DNA of 64,000 nucleotides from Rhodothermales bacterium. GTDB lineage: Bacteria; Bacteroidota; Rhodothermia; Rhodothermales; VXPQ01. Within the stretch, counting starts at the first letter, position 1. Each line of letters begins with the position of its first letter. Below are positions 8,714 through 15,095 of the stretch, piece after piece. The DNA lies in contig JAJDWX010000038.1 in the NCBI GenBank assembly GCA_022825385.1, positions 79,717 to 143,716 on the forward strand. Reading direction: 5' to 3'. A program made the translations under genes and the position numbers. The notes below the pieces were generated by a model. It searched no databases, was not told the origin of the DNA, and worked only from the letters and a program-made list of their open reading frames with translations.

Positions 8714-10297
8714 TTATTTTCCAACTACTGGATGCGCTTGCTTCGCCCTCTCGTCGTCAAGGAAACTACCCCAGGCTTTCCGACCTTTCCGGCTATTGCA
8801 GTTTCCGCAAAGCCCGATACGATTCAGTATATCGTCCGATCCTCCCCTTGACTTTGGAATAACGTGGTCCAAGTGTAAATCCACGTGCCTTGCTACGTGC
8901 TTTAAGGTGCAATAAGGATTACCACAAAGCTGGCCTTGTTTCTTCCATAATAACAATCTCATTTTATCAGCAGATATGTATTCAATATCTGTTCTCCTAG
9001 GTGAAGTTTTTTGTACTGTTACATATTCTAACCCTACGTGTTGATCCAGTCCAGATGTCTCCTGAAGTCGTTCGTTTGTCACGGTTTCCGCTTCAGGATC
9101 AATGTCAATGCCTATCCAGTTTCGCCGTTGCCTTTCGGCAGCTACACAGGTTGTAGCGCATCCACAGAATGGGTCAAGTACCAGATCGCCTTCGTTGCTG
9201 GATATTTTTATTATCCGTTCATAAAGTCCAACGGGTTTCTGAGTTTTCCATTCGGTTCTGACCAAAGAACGTGGTGGTAGCCATTTAACTTCTTCTTCAA
9301 TACCCTTTTTACTGCCGTACACAGTGCCTTCCGTATAGGGTTGATAAGCCCAAATATCATTTAAGACAACTCCATCTCTTTCATCCAGATAACGAACCAT
9401 AGTAGGCCAAGCATTACCTGGTTTTATTTCTATGAATCCCTTCTGGTACAGAGCTTCAAGTTTTTGAATAGGGGATAGTTGTAAATAAGCAGTATCCATA
9501 AACTGATTATAGTGCTTGGGAATGGCCCAGTGTCTGTCCTTTGGTTTGGGATCAAAGCCCCTCCAAGATTCGCACGATGGGCCGTCGGTTGCTCCTTGGC
9601 CCGTAAGGATGTTTCCACCCACAGTATAACGATAACGTTCGCCTTCCTTTTCATAATGCTCCTCTACGTGGCCCTTCATATACGGCTTCCGAACGATATT
9701 AAATGTGTATTTTTTGTTATGTTTATAGTAATAAAATATCGTATCGTGTTCGTTTCCTAACGACCTTGTACAATTTTTCGGAAGCTTACGCCAAATAATT
9801 TCAGAACCGAAATTATTTCTTCCAAATATAGCATCCAGTAATAAGCGAAGATAAGCGTTGGCCTCCCTATTGCAATGTAAATAAAGACTTCCGGTCGGTT
9901 TCAATATCCGGTGCATTTCTATCAAGCGTGGAGCCATCCACGCAAGAAACGCTGCTACGCTGTTTTTAGTTTTTCCAGTATCAATCTTTCCTGTATGCTT
10001 TTCAATGCTTCCGCTCTCAATGACTACAGCGGCTTCAATTAATTCCTTGATGGCTGGATGATCAGTAGCAATAAGATCGTGCCATTCATTAGTAACTTCA
10101 TCCCACTTCCAACGGTCGTCAAACTGTTGATTAGCCGCCTTACTTCCCATAGGCGCATTGTAAAGTCGCTTCGTATTAAACGGGGGATCTGTGGCTATCA
10201 GGTCAATGGATTCCGAGTTGATGCCTCGCATAACCCTCAGGTTGTCGCAGATGTACAGGGTACGGTTCTTGACGTTCGGTTCAGGGAGGGAGGGCAT
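8714..10297 (-). CDS. Beta-class N6/N4 DNA methyltransferase fused to a C-terminal HNH endonuclease domain
   Basis: 527 aa. Motif IV IATDPPFNT lies near the N-terminus and SAM motif I VLDPFCGCATT lies late, which is the beta-class order. C-terminal HNH: CGNPYC...HLDHVIPKSRGGSDDILNRIGLCGNCNSRKG. Confidence 0.85.
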   Translation of the reverse strand: MPSLPEPNVKNRTLYICDNLRVMRGINSESIDLIATDPPFNTKRLYNAPMGSKAANQQFDDRWKWDEVTNEWHDLIATDHPAIKELIEAAVVIESGSIEKHTGKIDTGKTKNSVAAFLAWMAPRLIEMHRILKPTGSLYLHCNREANAYLRLLLDAIFGRNNFGSEIIWRKLPKNCTRSLGNEHDTIFYYYKHNKKYTFNIVRKPYMKGHVEEHYEKEGERYRYTVGGNILTGQGATDGPSCESWRGFDPKPKDRHWAIPKHYNQFMDTAYLQLSPIQKLEALYQKGFIEIKPGNAWPTMVRYLDERDGVVLNDIWAYQPYTEGTVYGSKKGIEEEVKWLPPRSLVRTEWKTQKPVGLYERIIKISSNEGDLVLDPFCGCATTCVAAERQRRNWIGIDIDPEAETVTNERLQETSGLDQHVGLEYVTVQKTSPRRTDIEYISADKMRLLLWKKQGQLCGNPYCTLKHVARHVDLHLDHVIPKSRGGSDDILNRIGLCGNCNSRKGRKAWGSFLDDERAKQAHPVVGK

Positions 10298-10367
10298 TGT
10301 ATCGGTAGGGCTTTACGTGAAGGGGGTCAGAGAATATACGGTATTTTTTGGAAAGGTTATATCCGTT

Positions 10368-10415
10368 ATTTTTTATAGGGAAGATGGGGTTTGGATAGTT
10401 TTCCGTATAATTCCC
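10368..10415. repeat. Right terminal inverted repeat (core 10389-10415)
   Basis: Reverse complement matches the left TIR; see the mobile_element entry. Confidence 0.75.
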
Positions 10416-10423
10416 GCTCTGTT
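10416..10423. repeat. Target-site duplication, right copy (GCTCTGTT)
   Basis: Identical to 8609-8616 and abuts the right TIR. Confidence 0.85.
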
Positions 10424-10455
10424 TGTCCTTCTGCAAAGAGATAAAGCCGTGCCAT
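10416..10455 (-). pseudogene. DUF4276-family protein, 5' fragment (first 13 codons, MARLYLFAEGQTE)
   Basis: ATG at 10455-10453 shares its A with the ATPase stop TGA at 10457-10455 (TGATG). As it stands the frame runs into the TIR and stops after 29 codons (MARLYLFAEGQTERELYGKLSKPHLPYKK*, to 10366). Confidence 0.7.
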
Positions 10456-11555
10456 CAGTGGGGTCCTCCTCCAATAATATTCTTTTCCCAGATTTCGCCA
10501 AGCGAATAATCCTCCAGCCAGGCCTTCAATTTTTCGGCTTCTAATCTACAAAATTCAGTGGTTTTACCATTTCGTTCTACTGTCACTATATCTTCAGGTT
10601 CGAAATAGTCTACAAACGTACTGGATTGTGTACTGACGAGCACCTGCCTATAACGACTTGCCGCCTGAAACAACGATGCGACTACATTAAGCGCATAGGG
10701 ATGCAGACCAAGTTCCGGTTCGTCCACTACGATCACATAAGGGAGTTTTTCAACAGGTTGCAAAAGCAATGAAATTAAACAAATGGCTCGCAGTGTTCCG
10801 TCCGAAAGCTGATGGGGGCCAAATATTAGATCAGAAGATCGGTGCCGCCAGTTCAAAATAATATCTCTGGATTCAGTTTTTTCAAGAGAAAAATCTTCAA
10901 AAAAAGGTGCCACCTGTCGAATTGTTTGTACGATTCTATTATACCTCATTTCATTAGACGATTTAAGCTCATAAAGTACGGCTGCAAGATTTGCAGCATC
11001 AGGCATGAGCCATCGATTATCTTCAACATAGCAATATTGTCGAATTCTGGCCGTGGAAGATGTATCGTGAAAATGATATACGCGACATCTATTAAGCAAA
11101 TGATGTAATGCCTTTGCAGTTTCATTTTTTGACTCAACTGCCTCGACAATGCGTGTTTCTTGATGACCTGATTCAAGCGAAATTTCTTTGGGTTTTTCAT
11201 AACCTTCTTGATGATAAAATAGTTTCTCTTCAGCAAAAATCATAGAATCTCCAGCAGCATGAAAGAGCCTCATTTTATAGGTATTGGTACCGTTTTTTAC
11301 TTCAAACTGTATTTCCGCTTCAATTTGCGGAGTTATTTTGGGGCCAAAATGTAAATTAGCTGTTGCACGGCCTGTTGATCCAATATATTGCTGAAACCGC
11401 CCTCCCATCAATTCATTGATTAATTTAAAAAAAGCAATAAGATTACTTTTACCTGCTCCATTAGCTCCAATCAAAACATTCAGAGACCGAAATGTTAACC
11501 GAGTTTCCTGAATGGATCGAAAGCCCTTGATTGTAATGTAATTCAGTTTCGCCAT
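10455..11555 (-). CDS. ABC-type (AAA_15/AAA_21-like) ATPase, partner of the DUF4276 gene
   Basis: The ORF 10455..11570 start is TTG; ATG at 11555 gives MAKLNYITIKGFRSI. Walker A LIGANGAGKSN. ABC-signature-like LSDGTLR. Walker B/D-loop VIVVDEPELGLHP. H-loop-like VSTQSS. Confidence 0.85.
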   Translation of the reverse strand: MAKLNYITIKGFRSIQETRLTFRSLNVLIGANGAGKSNLIAFFKLINELMGGRFQQYIGSTGRATANLHFGPKITPQIEAEIQFEVKNGTNTYKMRLFHAAGDSMIFAEEKLFYHQEGYEKPKEISLESGHQETRIVEAVESKNETAKALHHLLNRCRVYHFHDTSSTARIRQYCYVEDNRWLMPDAANLAAVLYELKSSNEMRYNRIVQTIRQVAPFFEDFSLEKTESRDIILNWRHRSSDLIFGPHQLSDGTLRAICLISLLLQPVEKLPYVIVVDEPELGLHPYALNVVASLFQAASRYRQVLVSTQSSTFVDYFEPEDIVTVERNGKTTEFCRLEAEKLKAWLEDYSLGEIWEKNIIGGGPH

Positions 11556-12038
11556 CTTGCTTGCAGCCAATGTCTCTTGCGATGCTTCTTACTTAGGGCT
11601 TTTCTGCATTTACCAAGGAACGCGAACGCCATTACTGACAGGATACGCCTCTATCCGTTCTAAAATAAGCACCGAAAGGTGAAAGGTAGCCCAAGGCTGC
11701 CCATGCCAGCGAGGAAAACAAGAAATCCGCGGACCTGCTTCGTTTCCGTATTCATACGATTGGGAGCATTGGATGACAAGGATGTACAACGGAGGTAGTG
11801 CTTATAGTATACGGAAGGCGATATATTTTTGCAAATTCTTTATTTTTTATCATAAATTATTGAAATACATGGATTTACACACAATACTACTGTCTATATT
11901 CCCGCGCTCCGCCTCTCATTATCCCCTCCCCCGTCTCCCTTGCAAAGCCGGGCAGTACGTCCGGTCTCCCAGCCAATCCATCGCCTCGATAAGCATGAGG
12001 AATGCCTGGCAAGACACAATTCCCGGCTTTAATACATT

Positions 12039-13316
12039 TTACGCGCCACTCCCCGGAATTTTTTCTCCCTCCCCTGCCTCCGCCGCAATTTGCCGCAAGG
12101 CCAAAATCCGCTGCAATACCGGCGGATGCGAATGGTGCAGAAAAACCTCAAGCGGGTGCGGCGTCAGGTTCGAGAGGCTGTCGGAGGACAATTTTTTGAG
12201 CGCGGCGACAAGCGGCTCGCCGCTGCCCGTGGTCTCGGCGGCGAACCGGTCCGCCTCGAACTCGTTCCTGCGAGAGAGCATGTTGGACGGAATAGACAAG
12301 GCCAGCCGCACCGGCGTGAACAGCAGACCAAAGAATAGCAGCCCGGCGTAAACCGACGGCTCGCTGACATAGAAGGCCGCGAATAGTTGCTCCTGTTCGA
12401 GAAAAAGCGACAATATCCAGAAAGTTACCCCCATTTCGACGATAGAAAACGCCATGCCCTGCAAGATATGCTTCCGCTTGTAATGGCCGACCTCGTGGGC
12501 CAGGACCGCCATCAGTTCGGGAACCGCGTACTCGTCGACCAGCGTGTCGTACAGGCCGATGCGCTTGTTCTTGCCGAACCCAGTGAAAAAGGCGTTGGCC
12601 TTGGACGAACGCCGGGAGCCGTCTACGACGAAGACGCCGCGTAGCGGAAAGCGATTCCTGCGGACGTACTCCATTATGGCGTCATGCAGATCGCCGCTTT
12701 CGAGCGGCGTGAATTTGTTGAAAAGGGGCATAATCCAGGTCGGAGCGACGAACTGAACGACGATCCCAAACAACGTAACGGCGACCCAGCACCAGAGCCA
12801 CGCCAACGCGCCCGCCCATTCGAAGAACGCAAGGATGATCGCCATGCACAGGCCGCCGACCAGCACGGCAAGAACCAGCCCCTTCAGCGTGTCGGCGACA
12901 AACGTACGGACCGTGGTGCGGTTGAAACCGTAGCGCGCCTCAATCACGAAAGTCGAATACGCGCGCCACGGCAACCCGAGCAGCGTTGCGATAAGCATCA
13001 GCGCGCCCAGGAAAAACAGCCCGGTGACCACCGGCCCTTGCCCCAGGCCGCGCGCCAACGCATCAAGCCACGCAAAACCGCCCGCGAACCAGAAAACGAG
13101 CAGCAAGGCCAGGTCGAAACCGCCGTGGACGAGCCCGAAACGGGTTCGCGTCACGGTGTAGCGTTGCGACCGGGCGTACTGCTCGTCGTCAAGCGCATCG
13201 GCGAATTCGTCCGGCGGCGCCGGCGACAAAGCGCGCATGTTCAGCATGTCGCTAACCAGGCCGAGCAGGTACTTCCCGACAAGGGCGACAAGAATAATGA
13301 CGGCGAATGCGTTCAT
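12039..13316 (-). CDS. M48 family (Ste24/HtpX-like) integral-membrane zinc metalloprotease
   Basis: ORF 12039..13541 trimmed to ATG 13316 (MNAFAVIILVALVGKYLL). HExxH motif LAHEVGHYKRKH. Several hydrophobic spans. NAFFTGFGKNKRIGLYDTL. Confidence 0.85.
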   Translation of the reverse strand: MNAFAVIILVALVGKYLLGLVSDMLNMRALSPAPPDEFADALDDEQYARSQRYTVTRTRFGLVHGGFDLALLLVFWFAGGFAWLDALARGLGQGPVVTGLFFLGALMLIATLLGLPWRAYSTFVIEARYGFNRTTVRTFVADTLKGLVLAVLVGGLCMAIILAFFEWAGALAWLWCWVAVTLFGIVVQFVAPTWIMPLFNKFTPLESGDLHDAIMEYVRRNRFPLRGVFVVDGSRRSSKANAFFTGFGKNKRIGLYDTLVDEYAVPELMAVLAHEVGHYKRKHILQGMAFSIVEMGVTFWILSLFLEQEQLFAAFYVSEPSVYAGLLFFGLLFTPVRLALSIPSNMLSRRNEFEADRFAAETTGSGEPLVAALKKLSSDSLSNLTPHPLEVFLHHSHPPVLQRILALRQIAAEAGEGEKIPGSGA

Positions 13317-13594
13317 GAAAGTCCTGCGATTCGGGCAAAACTGGGTAGTACGTCCGAATCTACCAGCCGATCCGTCGCTTCGAAAAGCCTTGAGAAACCA
13401 CCCGCTCAATGGATTATGATCGCACGGGCCTTCGAGTCCGCAACCCGGACGCTGCATGATCCGATGGCTTGTGTCGCCATGCCGAACCATCCCCGGCTTC
13501 GGTCGCCTCGCTTGATTGTCCGAATCGGAACAAGTAGGCAAGGCTGCGCCTTAAATTTCAATAAAGGCTATCCAGGCAACCTCAGCCACCTCCC

Positions 13595-15061
13595 ATGACC
13601 ACCCACCATTCCAGCGACTACCTGACCGATCTGGTGAGCGAATTGTGCAATTTGTCCAGCGAGACCGAGTGGGTGGAGTTCAAGGAAAATAATGCAGATC
13701 CGGAAACTATCGGCAAAAACATCTCTGCATTGGCTAATTCAGCAGCGCTGGAGGGCAAGGCGTTCGCGTATATCGTTTGGGGTATTCGGGACCAGGACCA
13801 TGCGGTGGTTGGCACAACCTTTACTCCGCGTCGGGAACGTCGCGGCAATGAAGAATTGGAAAACTGGTTACTGCGCCTTCTCGAACCAAGGATTGATTTC
13901 CGATTCTTTAACGCCACGATAGACGCCAAACCCGTCGTTCTTCTTGAAATCGCAAGGCCTACGGGCCAGCCTGTGAGTTTTTCCGGTGTAAAATATATCC
14001 GTGTGGGCAGTTACACGAAAAATCTGAAGAGTTTTTCTGAAAAAGAACGGGCGCTATGGCGCATCTTCGACCAAACCCCCTTTGAAGACGGCATCGCCGC
14101 TGAGCGCCGGCGGGACGAGGATGTCTTGAAATTACTTGATTATCCAGCCTACTTCGATTTGCTGGAAGCGCCGCTTCCGGAGAATCGAGACGCTATTTTG
14201 TCTGTTCTGGCTAACGATAACATTATTCGCCGATCCGAAGCAAGCGGCTGGGACGTTACCAACCTCGGGGCTTTGCTTCTTGCCAGGCGGCTAGCTGATT
14301 TTGGACGTCTGGGGCGTAAAGCGGTCCGCGTGATACAGTATAAAGGCGCCGGGCGCATCGAAGCCATGAAAGAACGGGAAGAAGCAAAAGGATATGCGTG
14401 TGGCTTTAATGGATTGATTAGCTACATCAGCGGCATGCTGCCCTCCAATGAAGTAATCGATCAGGCTTTGCGGGTGACGGTACCCATGTTCCCTGAGGTG
14501 GCTGTGCGAGAATTACTGGCGAATGCGCTCATTCATCAGGATTTTTCGATTACTGGCGCGGGGCCGATGTTCGAGATTTTCGATGATCGGCTCGAAATCA
14601 CCAATCCCGGCGAACCCCTTGTAGCCACAGAACGCTTCGTGGATACGCCGCCGAAATCGCGCAACGAGGCCCTGGCTTCGCTCATGCGGCGGTTTGGCAT
14701 TTGCGAGGAGCGCGGCAGCGGGGTGGACAGAGTTGTGACGGAAATAGAGATTTTCCAGCTTCCGGCGCCGCTTTTCGAAGCGCCGGAGGGATTTACGCGC
14801 GCTGTTCTTTTTGCACATAAACCTCTGGCCAAAATGGACAAGGCGGATCGCATGCGAGCTTGTTATCTGCACGCTTGCCTGAAGTACGTTATGCGCGATT
14901 TCCTTACCAATGCTTCCTTACGAAAGCGTTTCGGCGTGGAAGACGGGAATAAATCAATTGTATCCCGCTATATCAAGGAGGCGGTAGAGGAAAATTTAAT
15001 CAAGCCATATGCCCCCGGCGCGTCGCGCAGAATGATGCGATATGTCCCCCACTGGGCCTGA
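13595..15061 (+). CDS. AlbA_2 + HATPase_c_4 protein, second paralog
   Basis: SETEWVEFKENNADPETIGKNISALANSAALEG is AlbA_2-like. ELLANALIHQDF...LEITNPG is the HATPase_c_4 motif. Same architecture as 549..1895. Confidence 0.8.
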   Translation: MTTHHSSDYLTDLVSELCNLSSETEWVEFKENNADPETIGKNISALANSAALEGKAFAYIVWGIRDQDHAVVGTTFTPRRERRGNEELENWLLRLLEPRIDFRFFNATIDAKPVVLLEIARPTGQPVSFSGVKYIRVGSYTKNLKSFSEKERALWRIFDQTPFEDGIAAERRRDEDVLKLLDYPAYFDLLEAPLPENRDAILSVLANDNIIRRSEASGWDVTNLGALLLARRLADFGRLGRKAVRVIQYKGAGRIEAMKEREEAKGYACGFNGLISYISGMLPSNEVIDQALRVTVPMFPEVAVRELLANALIHQDFSITGAGPMFEIFDDRLEITNPGEPLVATERFVDTPPKSRNEALASLMRRFGICEERGSGVDRVVTEIEIFQLPAPLFEAPEGFTRAVLFAHKPLAKMDKADRMRACYLHACLKYVMRDFLTNASLRKRFGVEDGNKSIVSRYIKEAVEENLIKPYAPGASRRMMRYVPHWA

Positions 15062-15095
15062 ATTTTAATTGATCGGGCGCGGCGCATATTACGCA

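Larger units (their letters stand above)
8617..10415. mobile_element. 1799-bp TIR-bounded cassette without a transposase (mobile-insertion-cassette-like), carrying one MTase-HNH gene
   Basis: Left end 8617-8644 is GGGACTTATACGGAAAACTACCCAAAAC. The reverse complement of 10389-10415 is GGGAATTATACGGAAAACTATCCAAAC; 24 of the first 26 nt match. Flanked by direct GCTCTGTT copies. Excision restores the host ORF. No transposase- or integrase-like ORF lies inside. Confidence 0.8.

Noticed and set aside
8617-10415. Reading the inverted repeats as an invertible (phase-variation or shufflon-type) switch for the DUF4276 gene.
   Set aside because: Inverting the segment would put the other IR arm at the junction and still leave stops in frame, whereas precise excision restores the ORF. 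The flanking 8-mers are direct repeats, as expected for a transposition TSD and not for an invertase site.
11660-11755. 31-codon minus-strand ORF (MNTETKQVRGFLVFLAGMGSLGLPFTFRCLF*) upstream of the ATPase gene.
   Set aside because: Too short, no coupling or recognisable motif, and no way to test conservation here.
11743-11816. TTTCCGTAT (11743-11751) and ATACGGAA (11809-11816) upstream of the ATPase gene resemble the TIR core; possibly remnants of a second element or a MITE.
   Set aside because: Only 8-9 nt match, which is expected about once by chance in 64 kb. Their relative orientation is opposite to that of the element ends, and no TSD is visible.
7931-11880. Possible island boundary repeats ATACATTATTGATTACAC (7931-7948) and AAATTATTGAAATACATGGATTTACAC (11854-11880).
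   Set aside because: The similarity is rearranged and gapped in AT-rich DNA. It is not convincing as att sites without a comparative empty site.
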